Source of the DNA: Alphaproteobacteria bacterium
GTDB taxonomy: Bacteria; Pseudomonadota; Alphaproteobacteria; Caedimonadales; UBA9215
Direction: 5' to 3'
Assembly (NCBI GenBank): GCA_009993885.1
Contig: JAACSN010000010.1
Location: forward strand, 16,945 to 80,944
DNA: 64,000 nt
Shown: piece after piece, positions 36,705-46,170 of the stretch
Layout of the letters: each line of letters starts with the position of its first letter
Numbering within the stretch: position 1 is the first letter of the stretch
The notes under the pieces: model-generated
Databases searched by the model: none
What the model saw: the letters and a program-made list of their open reading frames with translations, nothing else
What the model was told of the DNA's origin: nothing
Made by a program: the position numbers and the translations under genes

Positions 36705-38059
36705 TAAATAGTCCCCTCCAAATCATAATTGGCTCGAATCTCATCTTCCTTGGACCGAATGAGCTTATCGATCATCCAGATCTCACGGCCATCTAAGGTT
36801 GCTATCTTTTGTTGAAGACGCGTCCTTGCTAACTCTAAGCGCTTCTTAAACTCTTGTGTGATTGTTGTGTCAAATTGAACTGACTCTAGGACAGAGACAG
36901 CTTGTAAGACTTCTGCTGCAACCTCTTCAAACTGTTTTAACAGAATGGCAAAGGCGAAATACTGAGAGGCTTTTTGAAGGGGCCAATGAGCTCCAGAAGA
37001 CGCTGTAATTTGAATATATTTGTAAACGGGGAGATTAACCGAATCACTTAAAAATACCAGCTCCTGAGTGCTAAAAGGTTCTTCACTCAAGTACTTTGAC
37101 TTCATAGAATTAATGTTTTTCATGATGAGATTAGAAAGAGAGTTTTCAGGGGTGATAACATGCTGACTATTTGTTAAAGACAGGCATTTTGAGGTCTCAT
37201 CACAGACGAGTTTGCTTGTAGTTCCTCCCTGAAGATACGCTTCTAAATACCCATCTTCATCAGCCTTTGGATCAATGAAAGTGACCTTATAGTTTTCTTT
37301 ATTTAACGGCCCTTCTTTCTTAGAAATCACCGTTCCCACAAGAGACATAATCATTTCTGCAAGTTCCGTATCATTTTCATATCGAGGAAGTTTTTTAAGA
37401 GCTGTCCACACAAGATTGAACTCACCCACGAGAAGATCAGGATACCTTTCGCGGGCTTCATCGATTTTCGCATTCACTTTATCCTTTCCTTGGCAACGTT
37501 TTCTGGTACCAAAGAAATCGTGGTTTCCTCCACCAGATTTTGTAATATCCTCACAAACCTTTTCATGCATCGCTGTTCCCGTCGGAATAACAGCCTCAAG
37601 CATCTGTTGTCTTGAATGACAGTCCCCTAGAAGCAAGGCATTCATATCCTCTAGGACTTTTTGAATACTCCGCATAGTGCCTTCGCACTGAGGACACGTA
37701 GTCTTCAGTGCCAGTTGAAGGGCATAAGCAGGAACACCCTGAGCGGTTGCTTTGAGCGTATCCACAAGCTGATCTGTTTGAATAAAGCTAATACCACCGA
37801 AACGCATATCAAAATCACCACAGGACATACCCATTTGAGGAAGCCGGATATTGAGAGGATTTATGGTACGATTCCGTTGACGAACCATCATACCGCCAGC
37901 GGTATAATGACCCGTTGATTGATCTCTAAAAGATCCCGCAGCATTAAAATTACTTGCATTCCCTAGATGAGAAATCATATCAGACATTTTGCTACCAAAA
38001 AGAGGCTGGCCACAAAGGGAAAGTACAGAGATGACAAAATAAGTGGTTAGTTTTTTCAT
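36704..38059 (-). CDS. traH: F-type TraH
   Basis: Signal peptide and N-terminal pattern NAAGSFRDQSTGHYTAGGMMVRQRN...LPQMGMSCGDFDMRFGGISFI typical of TraH. TAATG coupling on both sides. Confidence 0.85.
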   Translation of the reverse strand: MKKLTTYFVISVLSLCGQPLFGSKMSDMISHLGNASNFNAAGSFRDQSTGHYTAGGMMVRQRNRTINPLNIRLPQMGMSCGDFDMRFGGISFIQTDQLVDTLKATAQGVPAYALQLALKTTCPQCEGTMRSIQKVLEDMNALLLGDCHSRQQMLEAVIPTGTAMHEKVCEDITKSGGGNHDFFGTRKRCQGKDKVNAKIDEARERYPDLLVGEFNLVWTALKKLPRYENDTELAEMIMSLVGTVISKKEGPLNKENYKVTFIDPKADEDGYLEAYLQGGTTSKLVCDETSKCLSLTNSQHVITPENSLSNLIMKNINSMKSKYLSEEPFSTQELVFLSDSVNLPVYKYIQITASSGAHWPLQKASQYFAFAILLKQFEEVAAEVLQAVSVLESVQFDTTITQEFKKRLELARTRLQQKIATLDGREIWMIDKLIRSKEDEIRANYDLEGTI

Positions 38060-38829
38060 TAGAACTGTCCTTCATTTTTTAAGTAGGAAATAACGTATTT
38101 CATATTCGTCATCAGTGCATCAAGACCGATATAACCATGCGCAACAGGAATCACTTCATTGGTTTTAGGATTGGCCAAATACAGCATGGGGAACTCAAGT
38201 TTAGGATTTACAGCTAAAAGGGCGGATTCGTTTTTGCTACAGGTCATCGCCTCAAAACACTCATCCCCTTTTGAGAGACCTTGGACATCAAAGCCATGTT
38301 CTACGGCGAACTGTTTTACAAGAGGGGCAAATTGATGGCAATAAGGACAATCCGGCTTAAAGGCAAAGATAAGGCCAAACTCTTTTGAAAGAATCTTGAG
38401 ATCATTTGATAGGGAAGCCTCATCCTGTTCTTCCTTGATTTTTAAAGACCCGGGGCTTGTTACAATTTTTTCATATCCTGGATTAATAAGCTCTGCTGTC
38501 GTCCAACTTTTTTGGAAATCACTAGCTTGAGCCATAATAAAATTATGATGCCTTTGTGCATTGGCTACATTCTCTAATGTCGGTTCAAGAATGGCTAAAG
38601 CCTTAGCCTCTTCAAAAGCCTTCTTTTGTTCTTCCAAACGCTCTGTTGCACTGAGGGGTTTTTGACTAACAGATGGAGAAGACTCCTTCTTCTCAAGGGG
38701 TTTTTCAATCTTCTCCTTAGGCATTACGGGGTCTTGGTACCAAAGCCATCCTTTGGGTTTATCCATCTCTGATGCATGAACGCTGCTTAAACTCAGCAAA
38801 AGGACACAAGGTATTTTATAAAGAGACAT
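38059..38829 (-). CDS. traF: F-type TraF/TrbB-like thioredoxin-fold pilus assembly protein
   Basis: Trimmed to the ATG at 38829 (signal peptide MSLYKIPCVLLLSLSSVHA). GWLWYQDP N-terminal motif. Thioredoxin-like GLIFAFKPDCPYCHQFAP. Confidence 0.8.
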   Translation of the reverse strand: MSLYKIPCVLLLSLSSVHASEMDKPKGWLWYQDPVMPKEKIEKPLEKKESSPSVSQKPLSATERLEEQKKAFEEAKALAILEPTLENVANAQRHHNFIMAQASDFQKSWTTAELINPGYEKIVTSPGSLKIKEEQDEASLSNDLKILSKEFGLIFAFKPDCPYCHQFAPLVKQFAVEHGFDVQGLSKGDECFEAMTCSKNESALLAVNPKLEFPMLYLANPKTNEVIPVAHGYIGLDALMTNMKYVISYLKNEGQF

Positions 38830-40681
38830 CGGATTTTTCCTTTGTTTGATGGAGGTCAGATGCTTTGACCTTTCCGTTTTCTTTCTTCGCAGCCTTAATT
38901 TTTGATTGCCAATTTTCACCAAGGTTTCTGGCAGCCTTAGCCACATTATCGATATTTGTTTTGGCTCGAATTTCGCTATAAAGCTCGCTAAGATCAATTT
39001 TGCTGAAATCAATATTTTGAAGTTCGGTAACAGTAAAAGGTCGGCAATCGGGATGTTCCGCATCACCCAACCCAATACCGAGCTGGCTTCTTCCTTGCTC
39101 ATGTACGATTTTAGCTAGCTTTGATCCGAAGCAACAAAAAGACGTTTTTTTGGTTAAACAAATTTTTGTGACATCTTCTTTTTGAGAGCAGTACGTTCCA
39201 ACACGAATACATTTATTGGCATCACGCTCTTTTTTGAGATTCTTTTCATCTTCAGAGCAGTTTTGACCCAACCCAACAGAGCGGCCCCAGCCTCCACTGC
39301 CACAACAATCTTGAAAGCTCATGGTTGATTTAGAGCATTTCATGCCGGTGCCTCGAAATACTGTGGCATTCTCAGCATCCATATCTTTAGATATTTCACG
39401 AAACACAGACATCTTTGACATAGCTTCGGCAAAATCTGTGTTGGCTGACCAACTGCGATCATCACAGTTTCCGTCCAAACAAAAAGGAACATCGCCGCCA
39501 ATTTTAGTAATGCCATTGCCGAGTTTTTCAGAACGGCATAAGAATGTTTTTTGATGTTCTACGCAAAAATCTCCAACACGGGTTTTGCAGTTCGCTTTTG
39601 TTTGCTCACAACCAGCAGATCTAAAAGGGCCACAATTGTCTTTGGATGGGTGTTTACAATGATAGGTTCGCTGGCGTTTCCACCAGTCTCTTGCTACAGA
39701 AATGCAGTCATCTCCATCGCAGAACTCCCTTGTTTCAGCCCCTTCAAAAATTTCTTCTTCTCCGTAACGGCAAAGACCTTGGTTAGAGATAGCTTCGTAA
39801 GACGCACAACCATCCTCAACTCGTTCAATCATGTCTTCTTCTGTTAAAGGTGCGTGGTAGCTAATAATTGCTGTGCCGATATGGGTGCGATGGTGGTTTC
39901 CTGCGCCACATCCTCCACGGTAATAAAAGTTTCCCTTCGCATCAAAACTCATGCTCCCCCCACCACATGGATTGCTCAGGGCAGATTTTAACTTAATGGA
40001 GATAATGCGATCACGGAGTTCTGATGGAAAGGGGTTTGAAACACCGCCACTCATGTCTTTTGCACGGGGGCTTCCGCCTTGATTCCACTGATTGCCATAA
40101 AGAGCCGTATCCGTGATGATGTTCATATTGAGCATGGGGCTGAAATCCTGAGGTCGGTACCAGAAGTTTAATTCATACTCAGCAACGTCTCTGTCTTTAA
40201 GCTCAATACTGCGTGTTTGATCACAGGTATAGATCGCTTCTTCAGCACTCTCCTCACACACATGGGTAGTTTCAACGACCTCTTTTGTTCCGCCAGTTTT
40301 TCTCTCAGCTTCGCCACCAATTACTGAAAGGGGGTTTCTATTAATTTCATTGGAATGTTGGATGAGAGGGTCATCTTCCGTAATACGGAAATCGTGCTCT
40401 AACCTTTCCTTTTGGCTATTTATGACCGCTGCCCCTGTTTGATTTTCAGGATCGTGAGTCATTTCTGTAGCGGCATCACCCATTTTGTGAAAGTTCTCTT
40501 GATAATCAGTTTCGGGAACATCTGCCCCTTGATACTCAGGAACATCCTCCGTTTTAAGAGCATTAGGGCCCTGTATTAAACTTTCTCCAAGACCCTTACC
40601 GTCAGCATAAGAAAGCTCATCGTTTGCCAGGGAAACAAAAGGGACAGACAAGACTGCAACCAAGGCCATAAACCGATTCAT
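38816..40681 (-). CDS. traN: F-type TraN (Cys-rich outer-membrane mating-pair stabilisation protein)
   Basis: Signal peptide and many conserved Cys residues, especially in the C-terminal third (CCGSGGWG, CSEDE, CIRVGTYCS, SFCCFGSKLA). Confidence 0.8.
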   Translation of the reverse strand: MNRFMALVAVLSVPFVSLANDELSYADGKGLGESLIQGPNALKTEDVPEYQGADVPETDYQENFHKMGDAATEMTHDPENQTGAAVINSQKERLEHDFRITEDDPLIQHSNEINRNPLSVIGGEAERKTGGTKEVVETTHVCEESAEEAIYTCDQTRSIELKDRDVAEYELNFWYRPQDFSPMLNMNIITDTALYGNQWNQGGSPRAKDMSGGVSNPFPSELRDRIISIKLKSALSNPCGGGSMSFDAKGNFYYRGGCGAGNHHRTHIGTAIISYHAPLTEEDMIERVEDGCASYEAISNQGLCRYGEEEIFEGAETREFCDGDDCISVARDWWKRQRTYHCKHPSKDNCGPFRSAGCEQTKANCKTRVGDFCVEHQKTFLCRSEKLGNGITKIGGDVPFCLDGNCDDRSWSANTDFAEAMSKMSVFREISKDMDAENATVFRGTGMKCSKSTMSFQDCCGSGGWGRSVGLGQNCSEDEKNLKKERDANKCIRVGTYCSQKEDVTKICLTKKTSFCCFGSKLAKIVHEQGRSQLGIGLGDAEHPDCRPFTVTELQNIDFSKIDLSELYSEIRAKTNIDNVAKAARNLGENWQSKIKAAKKENGKVKASDLHQTKEKSDVSL

Positions 40682-41352
40682 ATGTTCCCCTCTTTTTTTG
40701 ATTGAAGAAGGCTTTGAGCCGCCTCTAGGAGTTCCCCTTCCACGGCAAATAACTCAAGGGCTGATTGTACCGAAACATTCCCCGTCACCTTGTCATAGGG
40801 TCCTTTAATGTCTCCATCCTTGATTTCCGTTAACACAAAGGTCGGAATACGCTTTACCTCGAAACGCTCAAACAACGTTGGGTCGATATCAATGGGGATA
40901 CCAAGAGTTCTGAGCCGAGCTTGTGTTTCCTTGAAAGAATTATTCACCAGCCCTTGAATAACGAGGTTGCCACCCATAGCTTTTGCTTGCTGAGATAGAG
41001 CTTTAAGGATTTCATCGGACAAAGAGAAACTGACAAAGATATAAAGCCCACTGTCCCCTTGGTACCGTGCCTTGGGTGAATTGGGTTCTATTTTTGAGGC
41101 ATGACATGTTTTTCCCTTTTCTTTAAGCGGAACAACGTCATTGGTTTTAAAAACAGGCTCCTTGGTTTCTTCAGCAAAGCCAAAAAAGGAGGGGTACTTT
41201 TCATTTTTTGTGTTTTCGATAAGATGTTGGGCATCGCCTAGGGCAGATTCCCGTTGAGAAACCGACTCACGAGCAATGTCTTGGGCCATTCGGGTGTAAT
41301 CCGTTGCTTGCATGGGTGAGATAATAGACAGGAAGATAAGAAGATATTTCAT
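40678..41352 (-). CDS. trbC: F-type TrbC pilin-assembly protein
   Basis: Start set to the ATG at 41352 (ATGA overlap with the traU stop; signal peptide MKYLLIFLSIISPMQA). LYIFVSFSLSDEILKALSQQAKAMGGNLVIQGL is typical of TrbC. Confidence 0.75.
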   Translation of the reverse strand: MKYLLIFLSIISPMQATDYTRMAQDIARESVSQRESALGDAQHLIENTKNEKYPSFFGFAEETKEPVFKTNDVVPLKEKGKTCHASKIEPNSPKARYQGDSGLYIFVSFSLSDEILKALSQQAKAMGGNLVIQGLVNNSFKETQARLRTLGIPIDIDPTLFERFEVKRIPTFVLTEIKDGDIKGPYDKVTGNVSVQSALELFAVEGELLEAAQSLLQSKKEGNI

Positions 41353-42347
41353 AATAAACAGCAGTCCCTTTTTCGCCAAATGAGGTAACCAAAGTCTTCC
41401 CCTTTAAAGGGATATTCATGCCCTGGCTGCCAGAACATTTCCGTTGCCCCAAAGGCTTGACATTTATTAGTTTGAGGAATGGGATAGGTCATTTGAGTGC
41501 GATATTGTGATTTCTTAATGATAGGCATCGGGTATTTATCACAAAGGCCTTGAATACCGATGTAGCCTTTTAAAAGCCCCTCTCGATGAAGCTTGGCCAT
41601 AAAGCGACCCATAACAAGAAGACTTGCTTGAACACCCCCAGAGTGATCATTTACCGTTCCTGTAAAAGGGTAAATGCTACCTTGGCAGCCATTGCACCAA
41701 AACAATATATCCAATGGCATGCCAACGGATGAGGTAACGCAATCCACAACACAAGCCGCTTGTGCAATGGGGTTACCAAAAAGAATAGCTTCGGGATTTA
41801 AAATGGCATTCTTTTCGTCATCATTCCAAAAGGGATCAATCTCTGTTAGATAACCGACATCAATACTGCCAGACTCAATGCACACAAAATCCGTTAGAAC
41901 TTCAAGGATGTAAAGAATGGGATAGATATACCAATGTACGTTATAAAAGCTACGCTTTTGACCATCGCCATCATCATCACTGGTGTGTCCCCGATCAATG
42001 ACACCCGTATTCATTAACTGAACGCCGCCAAGATTAATAAAGCAATAAGGCGTTCTCGTGACATCAACGAGACGAGCAGGTTCCCAATAGGAAATTGGAA
42101 TGCCGGGAATATCATAGGGAATAGGAGGCCGTTTGCACCAGCAAATGATCGGCTGTTGCCCTTCCTCGGGGTCAGACACATCCCCTCCGACCACAGTGAG
42201 ACTTGCAATCTTGAGCGGAAAAATACAGCTCCAGCAAACATCACTTATGGGGTTTAAAAAACGCCCAACACAATTAGCTTTAGCAGAGCTTATTGGAGAC
42301 GTTCCAACCCAAATAATAGTAGTAAGAAAGAAGATTAGCCGCATCAT
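41349..42347 (-). CDS. traU: F-type TraU
   Basis: Hallmark CVGRFLNPISDVCWSCIFPLKIA and other conserved Cys/Trp positions. Confidence 0.9.
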   Translation of the reverse strand: MMRLIFFLTTIIWVGTSPISSAKANCVGRFLNPISDVCWSCIFPLKIASLTVVGGDVSDPEEGQQPIICWCKRPPIPYDIPGIPISYWEPARLVDVTRTPYCFINLGGVQLMNTGVIDRGHTSDDDGDGQKRSFYNVHWYIYPILYILEVLTDFVCIESGSIDVGYLTEIDPFWNDDEKNAILNPEAILFGNPIAQAACVVDCVTSSVGMPLDILFWCNGCQGSIYPFTGTVNDHSGGVQASLLVMGRFMAKLHREGLLKGYIGIQGLCDKYPMPIIKKSQYRTQMTYPIPQTNKCQAFGATEMFWQPGHEYPFKGEDFGYLIWRKRDCCLL

Positions 42348-42353
42348 GAAACC

Positions 42354-42776
42354 CTAACTAGATTTTCTCTTAAGGTTTTTAAGATGGTTTATGATGAACT
42401 TTTGAGCCGCTTCAACGTGATAAGCTGAACGACTTTTTGTTGAATCATAAAGGTGCTCCAAAGCCATGGTTAAATCACAACCAAGTTCCCAATCTAAAGC
42501 GATATCGAGGATCTTAAATTCATTAGGTGTTGTTATATAACTTTCTGAAACACCTTGCACACAGCGCCTTAAAAAACGATCTAAGTACCACAAAGCCTTT
42601 TGCAGGTCTTGCGCTTCACAGTCCTTGTGACCGGCTCTGCAAATATATTTTAAAGTGCACGCAAGGTGGTGGTTGAGCCCCCATGATTCGATAACATCAA
42701 TGGGTTCAATGACACGTCCCCCAACATAATGAGATGGTGTGTCAATTTGGTTGTTGTTTATAAAAGCTAAGTTCAT
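42354..42776 (-). CDS. DUF3310-like phage-type protein inserted between traW and traU
   Basis: TPSHYVGGRVIEPIDVIESWGLNHHLACTLKYICRAGHK matches the remembered DUF3310 core (HY..g.E.idvie.w.l...gNa.KYi.R.g.K). ATGA coupling to traW. Confidence 0.65.
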   Translation of the reverse strand: MNLAFINNNQIDTPSHYVGGRVIEPIDVIESWGLNHHLACTLKYICRAGHKDCEAQDLQKALWYLDRFLRRCVQGVSESYITTPNEFKILDIALDWELGCDLTMALEHLYDSTKSRSAYHVEAAQKFIINHLKNLKRKSS

Positions 42777-43375
42777 TTTATTTCCTTTAGTTCTTGGATT
42801 AATAGATTGAGTCCATCCTGGCTAATGCGTGCAGGAACGTGATGAATTTGAAATTTCTCGATGATCTTACCGCCCTGATCAAAGTAAAAACGACGGCCCG
42901 TTTTTCGGTAAAGCTCTATGGGAGACCCTTTAACTAAAACCACCTTACCTGTTTGAGCTAACGCCCAAGAAACTTGTTCTGAATCAGAGCCATCAATGAG
43001 CAATAAAGGGATACCCCAAGAAAAGGTTTTAAGGGGATTCACCTTCGTTCCTTTGGCATGGATGATGGCTCCTTTGTGATCCCTAATATCACTCTCGACC
43101 GTGATGGAGGGATCAAAATAATATGATCTTTCCTCTTGGGTTTTTTCTATTCCCTCAACGGGAAGTGGATTTAGCACACGTTCTTTTACGCGCTTTTTAA
43201 TATCCTCTTCCATACCTTCCAATTTTCCAGCACTAGTAGCCTGCTGAACACGTCGTTGAATCATGGTTAAGAAGCTCTCTTCAGCAATGTCAAAAGAGTG
43301 ACCAATATCAGCAAATGTTTTTGCTTCAATAGAGGTGGAGAGAAGAAAGGCTAAAAATGGATAACGCTTGATCAT
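42773..43375 (-). CDS. traW: F-type TraW
   Basis: Signal peptide. IGHSFDIAEESFLTMIQRRV...VKERVLNP resembles the TraW N-terminal motif. Position between traC and traU. Confidence 0.8.
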   Translation of the reverse strand: MIKRYPFLAFLLSTSIEAKTFADIGHSFDIAEESFLTMIQRRVQQATSAGKLEGMEEDIKKRVKERVLNPLPVEGIEKTQEERSYYFDPSITVESDIRDHKGAIIHAKGTKVNPLKTFSWGIPLLLIDGSDSEQVSWALAQTGKVVLVKGSPIELYRKTGRRFYFDQGGKIIEKFQIHHVPARISQDGLNLLIQELKEIK

Positions 43376-45948
43376 TAAGAAGCCTCTTTCTCTCGACTAT
43401 CTAAAACACACCGGATACTCTCATCTAGGTTTTTACCTGAAGCTTGAAGATCCCTCAAAAGAGCGACCTCGTCGGAATCCGTACTATAAAGGAGGGTGCT
43501 ATAATCATCGCAGTACAAGCGACAAGGAACCCCCTGAACTAATGAATGATGCAAAACCATTTCACTGAAACCTTCAGCCGGTTTTAAGGATCTCAACATC
43601 GTTTCCCGATAAGAGTCCTTTAAGAGCTCTTTCAGTTGTGGGTGTTCTTTGAGGCCTGAAAGAGTATCTGCCGCTTGGTTAAAGATGATTTTCCAGGCGC
43701 TATTTTCCCATGCAGCTTTGGGTCCCGTTAAACCATCCTTAAAAAAGTGCTCTAAGGATTGAGTGGCAACCCCAAGGGAAAAGCGATACTTCCTTGACGT
43801 TAAGGCCATGGCCTCTAAAAAGTCTCCCGTTGCTTTACCGCGCAATAAATCCCAGCCTTCATCAATTAGGACGAGGAAGGGGAATTTCCGGCTTGAGTTG
43901 ATCATCCGTTGCCAAACTTGAACCATCATCATCATGACCATGACGCTTTTTAAGGGCTCTTTTAAGTTGTGAGTTTCAATAACAACAAAATCTGAGTTCA
44001 CATCAATATTTGCGGGAGGGTTAAAGAAATTTCCATAAATACCTTTGGACGTAAAATCTAGCAAGCACCGGGCAATGTCTTGAGCTCTCATATCCTTATG
44101 AGCATTCAAAAGCTCATAAATATCATCTATGCATCCCTGTGATTTTTTTTCATTCCAAATTTGATATAAGGATTCTTTTAAGAAACTTTCCTCCGCATCG
44201 GATTGTTTCCCGGAAGGAAAAGCCATTTGGCGTAAGATACTTTGAAAGCCGGACATAAGCTCAGTACGTGAGTCAATTTCGTCTGTTGTATGGCCTTCCG
44301 GAATATGGGTAAAAGGATTCAAGGAAAAATCCGTTGTATGGTCAAAGTTAATATGATGGCCACCAAGGGAAAGGCAGAGGTTTTTAAAGGACTCCCCTTT
44401 GTCGAGAATAAAAGCTTTACCACCAACAGCGATGGTGTTCATGATCAGCTCATTACACAAAAAGCTTTTCCCAGATCCCGGAACGCCTGTAATACAAAAG
44501 TTAAAATCACCAGGTGTTTTGTACATGGCCTTTCCCGGAATAAAACGCCCATCAAAGGGACTCCAGAAGGCTAGCTGACCGCGTCGTCCTACAAGGGGAA
44601 TACCTGGTGCTCTTTGACCTGTCCATTCAGCCACAACGGGCAAAAGATTTTGAGGCTCTTTCGTGATGGTTTTTCGGGTGACCCCCAGACCCTTTAAGGT
44701 AGATCCAGCCCCTACAATTTGTTTCTTTAATCCAAAGACATTAGAGACCGTATCCGTTGTCCATGTCATGGGCAGAGAGGCTAGGAAGAGATTCAAATGA
44801 TTGTAGCTGGCACTTTCAGAAGACCAACCATATTCGTTCCAGATGGATTCAACGGTACTTTTGATCTTTGACAGGTCTTTTGATTCTGAAAAAGTCGTAA
44901 GGGACAAGCATGCATCAATGACACGTTCCCCTTTTTGAATCTCTTTTAACACTTCATTTGCTTCTGCAAAATCGTTCTCAATGCCAACTTGCCACTTTGC
45001 AAGGGGACTCTTTAAAGTCTTCCCAAGACTCTCTCGTTTAAGTTCAGCACGCCTTTTTTGAATCGTTTGATCCTTACAAACCGTAAAACCATAGTGCATA
45101 AGAAAGGAACAAGGGATTGTTTCACCGCCCCGCAAAACATCTCCAAAAAGCTTATCCATATGCCCCAAAGCCCACATCTTGGGCGTAGCTCGAGGCAAAA
45201 ACGTATGGGCAACGAATTTATTATCTTTAAGGTACAAGCCATCCTTTCGGAGACGTCCATCTATATCAAAGGAAGGAATGAGCCTTGAAATTTCTTCATG
45301 TTCCGAATACCAAGACTCTTCATCTTGGGTCTTTTGATCAAAGTTCAAGATATTCCCAACTTCTTGAATGAGCTCTTTATCATCTAGCGGCTTGGTATAA
45401 AGGCCAATTTTTTCAAGGGAGCCTTGAAGGTTTTCACGCAGACGAACGAGTTCTTCTTTTTCAATGGGAGATGTAATAACTTCTGGCAGTGTGTATGAAA
45501 TTAAGACCTTAAAATCACGAACAGGATCCTTCTTATCAAAGGCTTTTGAAGTGAGATAATCGTAACGTCTTTGTGTGAGTGCCTGAAACTTAGGGTTGGT
45601 TCGATAGCTCTTCCAATAATCTAATTTTTTTTCAATGCGAGGCGTTGCCACAAGCAGGAACTGCATGGAGCATCCTTCAGGTAAATTCCCCTTTTGCGTA
45701 AAGAACTTATCGATTTTATTTTGATCGTTCAAGCTTGCCCCAGCAATAGGCGTGCCCAATAGAACAAAACCTGTAGCGCCACGATTCAAAAAAAGTTGTG
45801 TTTCTGAATCATAGGTATCATAAGGAAGGTACTTCCAAAACTTATCGACATAAACATTCATAGATCCCAAGGGTACATGTTCTGTATTAATACCTTGAGT
45901 GCCTTCACCGAAAACTTTTGCTACTTTTTCACCGAGCTCTTTAAACAT
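43375..45948 (-). CDS. traC: F-type TraC (VirB4-family T4SS ATPase)
   Basis: 857 aa. Walker A GVPGSGKSF and Walker B FLVLIDEGW. Confidence 0.9.
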   Translation of the reverse strand: MFKELGEKVAKVFGEGTQGINTEHVPLGSMNVYVDKFWKYLPYDTYDSETQLFLNRGATGFVLLGTPIAGASLNDQNKIDKFFTQKGNLPEGCSMQFLLVATPRIEKKLDYWKSYRTNPKFQALTQRRYDYLTSKAFDKKDPVRDFKVLISYTLPEVITSPIEKEELVRLRENLQGSLEKIGLYTKPLDDKELIQEVGNILNFDQKTQDEESWYSEHEEISRLIPSFDIDGRLRKDGLYLKDNKFVAHTFLPRATPKMWALGHMDKLFGDVLRGGETIPCSFLMHYGFTVCKDQTIQKRRAELKRESLGKTLKSPLAKWQVGIENDFAEANEVLKEIQKGERVIDACLSLTTFSESKDLSKIKSTVESIWNEYGWSSESASYNHLNLFLASLPMTWTTDTVSNVFGLKKQIVGAGSTLKGLGVTRKTITKEPQNLLPVVAEWTGQRAPGIPLVGRRGQLAFWSPFDGRFIPGKAMYKTPGDFNFCITGVPGSGKSFLCNELIMNTIAVGGKAFILDKGESFKNLCLSLGGHHINFDHTTDFSLNPFTHIPEGHTTDEIDSRTELMSGFQSILRQMAFPSGKQSDAEESFLKESLYQIWNEKKSQGCIDDIYELLNAHKDMRAQDIARCLLDFTSKGIYGNFFNPPANIDVNSDFVVIETHNLKEPLKSVMVMMMMVQVWQRMINSSRKFPFLVLIDEGWDLLRGKATGDFLEAMALTSRKYRFSLGVATQSLEHFFKDGLTGPKAAWENSAWKIIFNQAADTLSGLKEHPQLKELLKDSYRETMLRSLKPAEGFSEMVLHHSLVQGVPCRLYCDDYSTLLYSTDSDEVALLRDLQASGKNLDESIRCVLDSREKEAS

Positions 45949-45950
45949 AA

Positions 45951-46169
45951 TTACCCCTTTAACCCTGCTGAAAAATCATAACCAAGGTACGTTGTGTTTG
46001 CTTGTAGAGAAGCTTCTTCTACTTGAATTTCTCCCTTGGTCATTTTAGTGTTGATCGTAGATAAAGAGGCACATCGCACGCCTTCTCCCACAGGGCAGTC
46101 AAAGGTTTCTTGATAGGTAGAACAGGCTGAAAGAGATAACAGGGATAATATAGCTATGGTTCGGGACAT
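45951..46169 (-). CDS. traV: F-type TraV lipoprotein
   Basis: Lipobox LSLSAC, then CPVGEGVRCASL conserved-Cys pattern. Position between traB and traC. Confidence 0.75.
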   Translation of the reverse strand: MSRTIAILSLLSLSACSTYQETFDCPVGEGVRCASLSTINTKMTKGEIQVEEASLQANTTYLGYDFSAGLKG

Positions 46170-46170
46170 A

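Noticed and set aside
38830-39102. N-terminal extension of the traF ORF
   Set aside because: It overlaps the 3' end of traN in another frame. The internal ATG at 38829 yields a canonical signal peptide and the usual short gene overlap.
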